Of a stretch of 64,000 bases of DNA, positions 36,771 to 45,414 are shown piece after piece. Positions within the stretch are counted from its first letter, which is position 1, and each line of letters starts with the position of its first letter. The position numbers and the translations under genes are program-made. Below the pieces are notes generated by a model, which saw only the letters and a list, made by a program, of their open reading frames with translations, was not told the DNA's origin and made no database searches. The stretch is from an uncultured Pseudomonadota bacterium (GTDB taxonomy: Bacteria; Myxococcota_A; Polyangia; Fen-1088): positions 56,294-120,293 of the forward strand of contig CAWKBC010000044.1 in NCBI GenBank assembly GCA_963847705.1, written 5' to 3'.

Positions 36771-38570
36771 TCAGGGCGCGGGTGACCGACCTTTGCAGCC
36801 GTTCTTGTAGATCGTGATCTGCGGTCCCGGTCGCTCCATCGCGCCGAAATCTTTGAACGGAACCAGGAAGGCGTCGAACGTGTCCCAGGTGGCCGTGTCT
36901 TGTGCGCCGGGCGAGAAGCTCGCCGCCGGCGTCCAGCAGGGATCGTCGACGGGCCGGACCTTGTCGTTCCGCCCCACCACCCAGCCGATCGCGCGCGGCC
37001 CCTCGGCGCGCGACAGGAAGTCGGGCGCCGACGGCGCGTGGAGGTCGGTCAGCGCCAGCCGCTGGTCGTACTCCCAGATGACGAAGCGCTGGGCCCCCAG
37101 GAAACCAATCCGCTCCCAACCTGCCTCGCGTTGCCCCGCAACGGCGGGGGCGTTCGACAGCCGGGCAGGAAGGTAGCGCGGGTTGACCGTCGACTGAAAC
37201 TCGCCCGGCGCCGGCGTCAGCGGCACGATCGGCGCCAGGAGGACGGGGACGGGCCGCCAGAGCGCAGCCGGAAGCTCTTGCCGGCAGACGACCGCCACGC
37301 TGACGTCGACGGCGTGCACCTGCGCGTAGGCCCCCTCGGTCAAGACGAGCTTGTGGGCGCTGCGCGCGGCCAGCCAGTCCCGCGCCTGATCCCGCGTATC
37401 TTGCCGGGCCATCAACCGGTCGAAGGCGACGAGCCGCGCGGTCGGCAGCGCGAGCGCGAGCAAGGCCACCAGCGCCAGCGCCAGTCGTCGAGGAATGCGT
37501 CCCGACAGCCGCTCGACGAGCAGCGCCGCCGCGACGCCGCCACCCGCCGTCAGAGCCGGCACCAACGGCGAGCCGTAGCGCGCGTAGTTGAGGCGCAGCG
37601 GCCCCAGAAAACAGGCGTAGAACATGAACGCGTAGACGACCAGGGAGATGCCGCGACGCTGGCGGACGCACCAGACGAGCCCCGCCAGGCAGAGCAGCAA
37701 CCCGGGCCATCCGAAGGTCGTGGAAAAGACCACCGTCGGGTAGAAGATCAAGCCCGGCGTCGTCCGATTCGCGGCGTAGCGCCCGAGCTGACCGACGAAC
37801 CCTTCACGAAACTCAGACCAGTGGGTGACGATCTGCGGTGACCAGAGGAGCAGGCCAGCCACCCCAGCCACGACGGCGCAGGCGATCGGAACGGCGGCCC
37901 GTCGTCGCTCGCGCTGCAGCAGCTCGACGGCTGCGGCCGCGCAGGGAAACGCCAGCCCCAGAGCGCTGTACTTCGTGCTGACGGCCGTCCCCGCGCAAAA
38001 CGCGGCGGCCACCAGCCACCAGGCCCCGCGAATCGCCACCCGCGCACAGCAAAGGAGCGCCAACGCGATCTCGAAGCAGAGAAGCGCGTCGCTGACCGCG
38101 AAGTGTCCGTCGCGCCCCACCAGATAGTTCAACGCGTAGAGCGCCGTGGCCCACAGGGCTGCCGCCTCGGCCCGCTCGGGCACAATCTCGGCGGCCAAGC
38201 CGCCCACGATCCAGGCGGTGGCCGCGCCCAGGACTGCGAAGACGACCCGGACGGGAAGAATCAAGGCGATCGGATTCACGGCCAGCAGGCAGCCCAAATT
38301 CACGTCGACGCCCTGGCCACCCCTCAGGTGGTACCAGGCGCGCTCCAACCAGAGGACCGCATGCCACAGCTTGAACGCCAGGTCCGGCCAACCGGTGGCG
38401 AGCCGATCGTAGGAGCGGACGAACATCGCCAGCGCCTCGACGGCGAAAATCTCTTCGTCCGGGCGACCCACCGGCGTGCCGGCGGCGAAGCCGATTCCCC
38501 ACAAGCGCAGCCCCAGCCCGACGGCCACGATTCCGGCGAGCAGCAGCCTCGACCGCAGGCGGCGGTTCAA
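36771..38570 (-). CDS. GT-C/GT39 (PMT/ArnT-like) membrane glycosyltransferase
   Basis: LGLRLWGI..RPDEE first-loop motif, many TM helices, STKYS, ARYGSPLVP. Confidence 0.75.
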   Translation of the reverse strand: MNRRLRSRLLLAGIVAVGLGLRLWGIGFAAGTPVGRPDEEIFAVEALAMFVRSYDRLATGWPDLAFKLWHAVLWLERAWYHLRGGQGVDVNLGCLLAVNPIALILPVRVVFAVLGAATAWIVGGLAAEIVPERAEAAALWATALYALNYLVGRDGHFAVSDALLCFEIALALLCCARVAIRGAWWLVAAAFCAGTAVSTKYSALGLAFPCAAAAVELLQRERRRAAVPIACAVVAGVAGLLLWSPQIVTHWSEFREGFVGQLGRYAANRTTPGLIFYPTVVFSTTFGWPGLLLCLAGLVWCVRQRRGISLVVYAFMFYACFLGPLRLNYARYGSPLVPALTAGGGVAAALLVERLSGRIPRRLALALVALLALALPTARLVAFDRLMARQDTRDQARDWLAARSAHKLVLTEGAYAQVHAVDVSVAVVCRQELPAALWRPVPVLLAPIVPLTPAPGEFQSTVNPRYLPARLSNAPAVAGQREAGWERIGFLGAQRFVIWEYDQRLALTDLHAPSAPDFLSRAEGPRAIGWVVGRNDKVRPVDDPCWTPAASFSPGAQDTATWDTFDAFLVPFKDFGAMERPGPQITIYKNGCKGRSPAP

Positions 38571-39010
38571 TCGAGCGCGCGCCCCATGCTGAGCCGCTCC
38601 TCGATCTGGTAGCCGAGCGCCCGGTAGAAGGCGACGACGCTCTCGTTGGTGGCGCGAACCTGGAGGTTGATCTTCGAACAGCCCCGCGCGCTCAGCGCCG
38701 CCTCCGCGCCGCGCACGAGACGCGTCGCGATCCCGCGGCGCCGGTGCGCGGGGTCCACGGCCAGATGGTAGATCCAGCCGCGGACGCCGTCGAAGCCCGC
38801 GATGACCGCGCCCACGATGGTGCAGTCAAGGGCACCGTCGAGCTCGGCGACCAGGAGCGACTCGGGATGAACCGCCAGCGCGCCGTCGATCAATCGGTCC
38901 GGCGCGCTTCGCGGCGGGTCGCGGGGAAACACCGCGTCCCACAGCCGCACGAGCTGCAGGCGGTCCGCTGGGCGGAACGATCGAATGGCCACCTCTGCGT
39001 TTGCCGTCAT
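38567..39010 (-). CDS. GNAT acetyltransferase (YpeA-like)
   Basis: IAGFDGVRGWIYHLAVDPAHRRRGIA..GCSKINLQVRATN..FYRALGY. Confidence 0.9.
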   Translation of the reverse strand: MTANAEVAIRSFRPADRLQLVRLWDAVFPRDPPRSAPDRLIDGALAVHPESLLVAELDGALDCTIVGAVIAGFDGVRGWIYHLAVDPAHRRRGIATRLVRGAEAALSARGCSKINLQVRATNESVVAFYRALGYQIEERLSMGRALD

Positions 39011-39045
39011 GACCAGACTGGGCGAAGCGGCCGCTTGCGATAAGC

Positions 39046-40530
39046 TTGCCGCGCGCCGGCGAATTCGAGCGTATCACGGCGGCTTCACCTCATGACGACG
39101 ACGGGACTCTCTGCTTGAGCAGCTTGGCGACGCCGGCGCGCGAGGGCGATCGGCAGCGGGCCCTCGCGCTCCTGCGCCGCCACGGCTGGAACGCCACGTC
39201 GTTCCAGATCCTCGAGCCGGGCTTTCACTACTGGTTCGACGCCCGGGAGGCCCACCAGTCCGACGAGGCCCAAGAGCGCGACGACGCCTGCGTCGCCTAC
39301 CTCGACACCGGCCGGGCCTGGGTGGCGGCCGGCGCGCCGATCGCGGGGCCCGAGCGTGCGCCCGAGGTCGCCCTCAGGTTCGTGGCCGCGGCGGCCGCGC
39401 AGGGGCGCCGCGCCTGCTTCTTCGGCACCGAGGATCGCTTCGCCGCGGCAGCGCCGTTCGCGGCCATGCGCATCGGCGAGCAGGGCGACTGGGATCCTGC
39501 CGCCTGGGAAGAGACCTTGCGGGGAACGCGCAGCCTGCGCGAGCAGATCCGCCGCTCGCGCGCCAAGGGGGTCACCGTGCGCGCCTTCGACGCCCACCTC
39601 TTCGCCCAGCCCGGCGGTGAACCGCGCGCCAGCGTCGACCGTTTGATCGCGCGCTGGGAGGCGGGGCACCCGATGCCGCCGATGGGGTTCCTGGTCCAGA
39701 TCCACCTTCACACCGAGCTCGCCGAGCGGCGCTTCTTCGCCGCCACGCAGGGGGAGGCGCTGGTCGGCTTCCTCAGCATGGTGCCGGTCCTCGCGCGCGG
39801 CGGCTGGTTCGTCGAGGATCTCGTGCGGTCGCCCGAAGCGCCCAACGGGACCGCCGAGCTGCTGGTCGACGCGGCGATGCGCAGCGCGGCCGCCGAAGGG
39901 AGCCGCTACCTGACGCTCGGCCTGGCGCCGCTGGCGGGCGCGGTCGGTCCCTGGCTCCGCGCGCTCCGCCGCACGGGCAGTCCGCTCTACGATTTCCGTG
40001 GCGTCCACGCCTTCAAGGCCAAGCTCCGCCCGCGGGGCTGGGCGCCGATCTTCATCTCTTACCCGCGCGGGCAGCTCGGCGTCGCCACGGTCTACGACGC
40101 GCTGGCGGCGTTCGCGCGCGGCGGCCTGCTCCGCTTCGGCCTGCAGACGCTGCTCCGACGTCCGGCGGTCTTGATCCAGGCCCTGGCGCTGATCCTGATC
40201 CCCTGGACCATCCTGATGGCGCTGGCACCGAGCGCGCGCTGGTTCCCGGCACCCGCCGTGAAATGGGGGTGGGTGGCGTTCGACGCGGCGCTGGCGCTGG
40301 CGCTCACCAGCCTGGCGCGCCGCTGGCGGCGCGGCCTCGACACCCTGCTGGCCTCGCTGGTGACCGCGGACGCGCTGGTCACGCTGGTCCAGGTTCTCGG
40401 CTGGAACCTGCGCCACGGCCCGCGAGGTCCGCTGACGCTCATGGTCTCGGCGATCTCCGTCGTCGCGCCCAGCCTGACGGCGCTCTTGCTCTGGTCCGGC
40501 CGCCGCTCGGGCCGCGAGCGCGCCGGCTAG
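39046..40530 (+). CDS. DUF2156 / aminoacyl-phosphatidylglycerol synthase C-terminal-like domain with C-terminal TM helices
   Basis: WVAAGAP, DLVRSPEAPNGTAELL, LTLGLAPL, YDFRGVHAFKAKLRP; about four hydrophobic helices at the C-terminus. Start position uncertain. Confidence 0.8.
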   Translation: MPRAGEFERITAASPHDDDGTLCLSSLATPAREGDRQRALALLRRHGWNATSFQILEPGFHYWFDAREAHQSDEAQERDDACVAYLDTGRAWVAAGAPIAGPERAPEVALRFVAAAAAQGRRACFFGTEDRFAAAAPFAAMRIGEQGDWDPAAWEETLRGTRSLREQIRRSRAKGVTVRAFDAHLFAQPGGEPRASVDRLIARWEAGHPMPPMGFLVQIHLHTELAERRFFAATQGEALVGFLSMVPVLARGGWFVEDLVRSPEAPNGTAELLVDAAMRSAAAEGSRYLTLGLAPLAGAVGPWLRALRRTGSPLYDFRGVHAFKAKLRPRGWAPIFISYPRGQLGVATVYDALAAFARGGLLRFGLQTLLRRPAVLIQALALILIPWTILMALAPSARWFPAPAVKWGWVAFDAALALALTSLARRWRRGLDTLLASLVTADALVTLVQVLGWNLRHGPRGPLTLMVSAISVVAPSLTALLLWSGRRSGRERAG

Positions 40531-40659
40531 GCGCAAGCGAAGGCGCAAGCGTGGCGTGCAAAATGGCGCGGCCGCAGATCGGCCCAACCCGCAACCTGCA
40601 AGACGTCACGCGCCACGACCCCGGAGAGGCGCGCCCTCGTGCGTGGCACCGGGCGTGCA
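40529..40659 (+). promoter_or_regulatory. Sigma-54 promoter plus tandem-repeat activator site upstream of the kinase
   Basis: TGGCACCGGGCGTGCA (GG 40645-46, GC 40657-58); direct repeat AGGCGCAAGCG at 40529 and 40541. Confidence 0.6.
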
Positions 40660-40671
40660 ACCCACGGCCGC

Positions 40672-41655
40672 GTGAACCCCGGTCGGATCCTCGACGATCG
40701 CTTCCTGCTCGTGGAGCAGATCGGCCAGGGCGGCATGTCGACCATCTTCCGTGCCGAGGATCTGCAGGATCAGCGCCGCGCCGTGGCGGTCAAGGTGCCG
40801 CTGCCCGTCTTCTCCAGCGGCATCGGCAGCTGGTCGATCTTTCAGCGCGAAGAGGAGATCGGCCGCAAGCTCGATCACCCGTTCGTGTTGAAGTTCTTGC
40901 CGCTCGAAGGGCCGGCCCGCCAGCGCCACTATGTGGCGACCGAGCTGGTCCCCGGCCGGACGCTGCACGAACGGCTCCGCGACGAGCGGCCCCTGGCCGA
41001 GGCGGAGGCGCTGCGGATCGCGGGGCAGATCTGCGCCGCGGTCGCTCACCTGCACGGCCGCGGGTTCGTGCACTACGACCTCAAGCCCGGCAACGTGATG
41101 CTCTGCCCCGACGGCTCGATCCGGCTCATTGACTTCGGCCTCGCCCACGACGTGGTGACCGGACGCTTCTCGTTCGGTGGACAGGCTCCCGCCATCGGCT
41201 CGGCCGAGTACGTCGCGCCCGAGCAGATCCGCCGGCGCCGCGGCCGCACCAGCGCCGACGTCTATGCCATCGGCGCGATCCTCTACACGATGCTGACCGG
41301 CCAGGCGCCGTTCCCCGACGACGATCCGTTCGTGGTGGCGAGCGCGCGCATCCTGGGCGATCCGCCGGCGCCGCGGCGCCTGAACCCCTGCCTCTCTCGG
41401 CAGGCGGAGGAGATCGCCTTGCGCGCCCTCCGCCGGCTGCCCACGGAGCGTTACCCGAGCGCGGCGGCGATGAAGGCCGACCTCGACGATCCGTCGCGCG
41501 TCGTCGTGACCGGCCTCTGCGACCGACTGCAGCCGGTCACCTTCGGCCGGCGCGCGCGGCGCATCGCCCGCCAGATCCTGCTCGTCGGCGTGCTCCCGGT
41601 GGCGACGCAGGCGGGGCTGTTCCTGCTCCTCTGGCACCACCTCGCACGTCGTTGA
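40672..41655 (+). CDS. Hanks-type Ser/Thr protein kinase with C-terminal TM anchor
   Basis: IGQGGMS, VAVKVP, HYDLKPGN, IDFG, YVAPEQ, ADVYAIG, ERY. Confidence 0.93.
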   Translation: MNPGRILDDRFLLVEQIGQGGMSTIFRAEDLQDQRRAVAVKVPLPVFSSGIGSWSIFQREEEIGRKLDHPFVLKFLPLEGPARQRHYVATELVPGRTLHERLRDERPLAEAEALRIAGQICAAVAHLHGRGFVHYDLKPGNVMLCPDGSIRLIDFGLAHDVVTGRFSFGGQAPAIGSAEYVAPEQIRRRRGRTSADVYAIGAILYTMLTGQAPFPDDDPFVVASARILGDPPAPRRLNPCLSRQAEEIALRALRRLPTERYPSAAAMKADLDDPSRVVVTGLCDRLQPVTFGRRARRIARQILLVGVLPVATQAGLFLLLWHHLARR

Positions 41656-41705
41656 ATCCGCGGGCGCCGCTTGGCGAGCGCGGCGAAGCCTGCTTCAATC
41701 TGCGA

Positions 41706-42713
41706 ATGTCCGATCCGGCGACGACCTTCCAGGTGACCCCGGCGGCCGTCGCGGCCGAGCGTTTCAAACGCGATCCGGAGGGGCGCTTCGTCAACCTCGA
41801 CGGTTCGGGGCCGCATCCGTTCAAGGCGGTCTACAAGTGGGCGGTGGTCGACAAGCTGGCCGGCCGCCGCCGCAAGAGTCCGTCGCGCGTTGCCGTCCCG
41901 GCGGTGACGCCCGATGCGTCAAAGCTGAGCGTCCCGCCCGGGCCGGGCGAGGGGGCGCGTCTCACCTGGCTCGGACACGCCAGCTGGCTGGTCCAGCTGG
42001 GCGGCCGGTCGCTGCTGATCGACCCCGTCCTCGGCGACTCGGTGAGCGTGGTGATCAAAAGGAACGGTGAGCCTCCGCTGCCGCCCAAGGCGCTGCCCCC
42101 GATCGCCGCGCAGCTCGTGAGCCACAACCACTACGACCACATGGACGCGCCCTCGCTGCGGGCGGTCGGCGCGCCGGTGGTGGTCGGCCTGGAGAACGCC
42201 CGGCTCATCGGTGGCCGCCTGCCGGTCACGGAGCTCGGCTGGTGGGACGCGGCCGACGTCGGTGGCGTCCGCGTCACCTACGTCCCCAGTCAGCACTGGA
42301 GCCGGCGCGGGCTCAACGACGCGAACCGCGCGCTGTGGGGCGGGTTCGTGCTGGAGAGCGGCGGCCTTTCGATCTATCACTCGGGCGACACCGCCTACTT
42401 CGAAGGGTTCGCCGAGATCGGCCGGCGCTTCCCCAAGCTCGACGTCGCGCTGTTACCGATCGGCGCGTACGATCCGCAGTGGTTCATGTCGAAGCAGCAC
42501 ATGAACCCGGAGGATGCGTTGCGGGCTTTCCAGGATCTCGGCGCGCGCAAGGTGGTCGCCATGCACTGGGGGACCTTCAAGCTGACCGACGAGCCGCTCG
42601 ACGAGCCGCCTGCGCTGTTCCGTCAGGGCGCGACCGCGCGCGGCCTCCCGGACGGCGTCGCCCACGTAGCCGCCGTCGGTGAGACGATCGACCTGCCGGC
42701 TCGACCGGCCTGA
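41706..42713 (+). CDS. Metallo-beta-lactamase-fold hydrolase (NAPE-PLD/RomA-like)
   Basis: TWLGHAS, SHNHYDHMD, QHWSRR, SGDTAY, PIGAY, HMNPE, MHWGTF. Confidence 0.9.
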   Translation: MSDPATTFQVTPAAVAAERFKRDPEGRFVNLDGSGPHPFKAVYKWAVVDKLAGRRRKSPSRVAVPAVTPDASKLSVPPGPGEGARLTWLGHASWLVQLGGRSLLIDPVLGDSVSVVIKRNGEPPLPPKALPPIAAQLVSHNHYDHMDAPSLRAVGAPVVVGLENARLIGGRLPVTELGWWDAADVGGVRVTYVPSQHWSRRGLNDANRALWGGFVLESGGLSIYHSGDTAYFEGFAEIGRRFPKLDVALLPIGAYDPQWFMSKQHMNPEDALRAFQDLGARKVVAMHWGTFKLTDEPLDEPPALFRQGATARGLPDGVAHVAAVGETIDLPARPA

Positions 42714-42875
42714 GCTTCCGCCTGCCGGCCGTTGGCCGAACGCTCGCCTACAGGAAACTTTCGCGAGACACACAAGAAACTTTTGGGTGGGGTGAAATCG
42801 GAGACCTGTCCACCGCGATTTTCTCGGGATCTCCGGACCTTACGATGGAGCACAGGTCTTGCAAGATGCCGGGGC

Positions 42876-44210
42876 GTGCTTCTGCGTGCCCTGATGGTCG
42901 TTCCGATGGTCGCTACCCTGGCAGCTCTGGCCCCGGTGGCCGCCGCGGCCGACCTTCCCCCCGAGCCCGCCATTCCGGCGACGCTGACCCTCGGCCAGGC
43001 GGTGGCGCTGTTCCGCGCCCATGGCCTCGACCTCCTGATCGCCGAAGCGGCCGCGGAGGGGGCGGCGGGCGACGCCCTGGTGGCCGGCGCCATTGCCAAC
43101 CCGAGCGTCACCGGCGGCTACTACCACTCCTTCTTCCAGGACGACGCCTTCGAGTCACACAACGGCTGGTTCGCCGGCCTCGGCGACTCGAACGTCATCT
43201 TGGATGCGCTGTCGGGCAAGCGGGGCCTCCGCCGGAGCGTGGCCGACGCGGCGCTGGCGGCGGCGCGGCTCGGCCGAGCGGACGCGCTGCGGACGCTCGA
43301 GCTGCAGGTGAAACAGATCTACTACCAGGCGGTCGCGGCCGGCGAGGCGCTGGAGCTGGCGCATGAGACCGCGGACTCGACGGCGCACACCTTCGATCTG
43401 AACCAGATCCGCTACAAGAGCGGCGCGATCTCGGAGGTCGATCTGTCGCGCACCGAGACGGCCAAGCTGGAGGCCGAGCAGATGGTCGACGCCGCCACGC
43501 TGGCGCTGCGGACCGCCAAGGTGCAGCTGGCCTTTCTCCTCGGGCAGCGGCACGCCTTCAACGACTTCGCCATCGACGCCGGACAGCTCCGCTCGACGAC
43601 GCCGGCGCTGCAGAGCACCAGCGTGGCGGCGCTGGTCGAGCGGGCGATGGAGAGACGCCCCGATCTGCAGGCGCAGGAGAGCCAGCGCACGCGGGCCGCG
43701 CAGTCGGTGGCGCTGGCCCGCCGCCAGCGCTTCCCCGACTTCGGCCTGGGCGTGCAGTACTCCGAGCAAGGCAGCGGCAATGCGCAGCCGATGAACTCGC
43801 CGGCGGCCATCTCGCCGCCCACGCTGGAGATTTCGCTGACGGGGACGTTGCCGCTCTTCTATCAGCAGCAGGGCGAGATCAAGAAGGCCGAGGCCGACGC
43901 GCGGACGCAGGACGCCCAGGCGGCGAAGCTGCGCGCCCAGGTGGTGGCCGACGTGGAGAACGCCTACGCCGGCTACCAGACGGCGCAGCGTCAGGTGCAG
44001 CGGATGGAAGGACGTCTGCTCGACCGGGCGCAGCGCGCGCGCCAGCTGGTCGAGCTTCAGTACCAGAAAGGGGCCGCTTCGTTGTTGGAGTACCTGGACG
44101 CACAACGGACGTACGTCGCTGTCAAAGGCGAGTACATCCAGAACCTGACCGCCTACTGGAACGCCATCTTCCAGATTGAATCCGCCACCGCCACGGAGGT
44201 GGTGCAATGA
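42876..44210 (+). CDS. TolC/CzcC-type outer-membrane efflux protein
   Basis: Two OEP repeats (YKSGAISEVDL; YQKGAASLLEYLDAQR), RRPDL. Start uncertain (GTG 42876 chosen). Confidence 0.88.
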   Translation: MLLRALMVVPMVATLAALAPVAAAADLPPEPAIPATLTLGQAVALFRAHGLDLLIAEAAAEGAAGDALVAGAIANPSVTGGYYHSFFQDDAFESHNGWFAGLGDSNVILDALSGKRGLRRSVADAALAAARLGRADALRTLELQVKQIYYQAVAAGEALELAHETADSTAHTFDLNQIRYKSGAISEVDLSRTETAKLEAEQMVDAATLALRTAKVQLAFLLGQRHAFNDFAIDAGQLRSTTPALQSTSVAALVERAMERRPDLQAQESQRTRAAQSVALARRQRFPDFGLGVQYSEQGSGNAQPMNSPAAISPPTLEISLTGTLPLFYQQQGEIKKAEADARTQDAQAAKLRAQVVADVENAYAGYQTAQRQVQRMEGRLLDRAQRARQLVELQYQKGAASLLEYLDAQRTYVAVKGEYIQNLTAYWNAIFQIESATATEVVQ

Positions 44211-45409
44211 CGCCGCCGACGGAGAGGTCGCGGCGGACGTCGAAGGGGATACGGCCGTGGAGCCGGGCGCGCCTGGCCGCTCTGGTGTTGAGCGCCGCGG
44301 CGGCCGTCCCGTCGACAACAGGCTGCCGGAGCGCGCCGGCCGCCACCAACGCCGCCGCCCAGCCGCCTGAAGGCGAGGTCTGGTTGACGGCGCAGCAGGT
44401 CCGCGACGCCAAGGTCCAGGTCGAGCCGGTGGCCGAGCACGGCGTCGGCAACGAGATCGTGACCAGCGGGAAGGTCTCCTTCGACGATCTGCGGGTGGCG
44501 CACATCTTTTCGCCGGTGACCGGGCGGATCAAACGGATCGTGGCCGACCCGGGCGAGCGGGTGAAGAAGGGGGCGGCGCTGGCGATCATCGAATCGCCCG
44601 ACGTGGGCAACGCCTTCGCCGACCTCAGCAAGGGCCAGGCCGATCTGATCGCCGCGGAGCACGACTTTCGCCGCCAGAAGGAGCTCTACGACGCGCACGC
44701 CGGCTCGCAGCGCGACTTCGAGTCGGCCGAGGACAACTTCGAGAAGGCCAAGGCCGAGATGGAGCGCGCCAAGGCGAAGGCGCGCCTGTTTCGGGGGAGC
44801 GGCGCCGACGCGGTCACGCAGGAGTTCGTGCTGCGCGCGCCGATCGAGGGCGAGGTGATCGCCCGCAACGTCAACCCGGGGGCCGAGGTGCAGGGGCAGT
44901 ACTCGGGCGGGACGGCGGTCGAGCTGTTCACCGTGGGCGAGCTCGACTCGGTCTGGGTGTTCGCCGACGTGTTCGAGATGGACCTGGCGCGCGTGCGGCG
45001 CGACGCCCCGGTCAGCATCAAGGTCGTCGCCTACCCCGACAAGGCCTTCGCCGGCAAGATCGACTGGATCTCCGACGCGCTCGATCCCACCTCTCGCACG
45101 GCGCACGTCCGCTGCTCGATCCCCAACAAGGGGCGCGAGCTCAAACCCGAGATGTACGCCACCGTCGCCATCGCCGTCGCGGCGCCCGCGGTGGCGGCGC
45201 TGCCGCGCGCGGCGCTCCTGCGCATCGGCGATCAGACGGTGGTCTTCGTCGAGACCGGCAACGCGCCCGATGGACGGGTCAGGTTCAGCCGCCGGATCGT
45301 CGCCGTCAACGAGGACGAGGGGACCGACTACCTGCCGATCGTGCGCGGCCTGACCCGCGGCGACCAGGTCGTCACCTCGGGCGCGATCCTCCTCTCCGGA
45401 ATGCTCTAA
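44207..45409 (+). CDS. RND periplasmic adaptor (CzcB-like)
   Basis: SPVTGRI..PGERVKKG, LRAPIEG, VWVFADVFE, DPTSRT, LKPEMY. Confidence 0.92.
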   Translation: MTPPTERSRRTSKGIRPWSRARLAALVLSAAAAVPSTTGCRSAPAATNAAAQPPEGEVWLTAQQVRDAKVQVEPVAEHGVGNEIVTSGKVSFDDLRVAHIFSPVTGRIKRIVADPGERVKKGAALAIIESPDVGNAFADLSKGQADLIAAEHDFRRQKELYDAHAGSQRDFESAEDNFEKAKAEMERAKAKARLFRGSGADAVTQEFVLRAPIEGEVIARNVNPGAEVQGQYSGGTAVELFTVGELDSVWVFADVFEMDLARVRRDAPVSIKVVAYPDKAFAGKIDWISDALDPTSRTAHVRCSIPNKGRELKPEMYATVAIAVAAPAVAALPRAALLRIGDQTVVFVETGNAPDGRVRFSRRIVAVNEDEGTDYLPIVRGLTRGDQVVTSGAILLSGML

Positions 45410-45414
45410 CCGTC

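Noticed and set aside
36736-37710. Apparent N-terminal fusion to pirin (666 aa)
   Set aside because: It is an alternate frame of the GT-C gene. Pirin starts at 36735.
42847-42863. Sigma-54-like site before the TolC gene (GAGCACAGGTCTTGCA)
   Set aside because: Spacing fits, but the invariant -24 GG reads AG, so it was not called.
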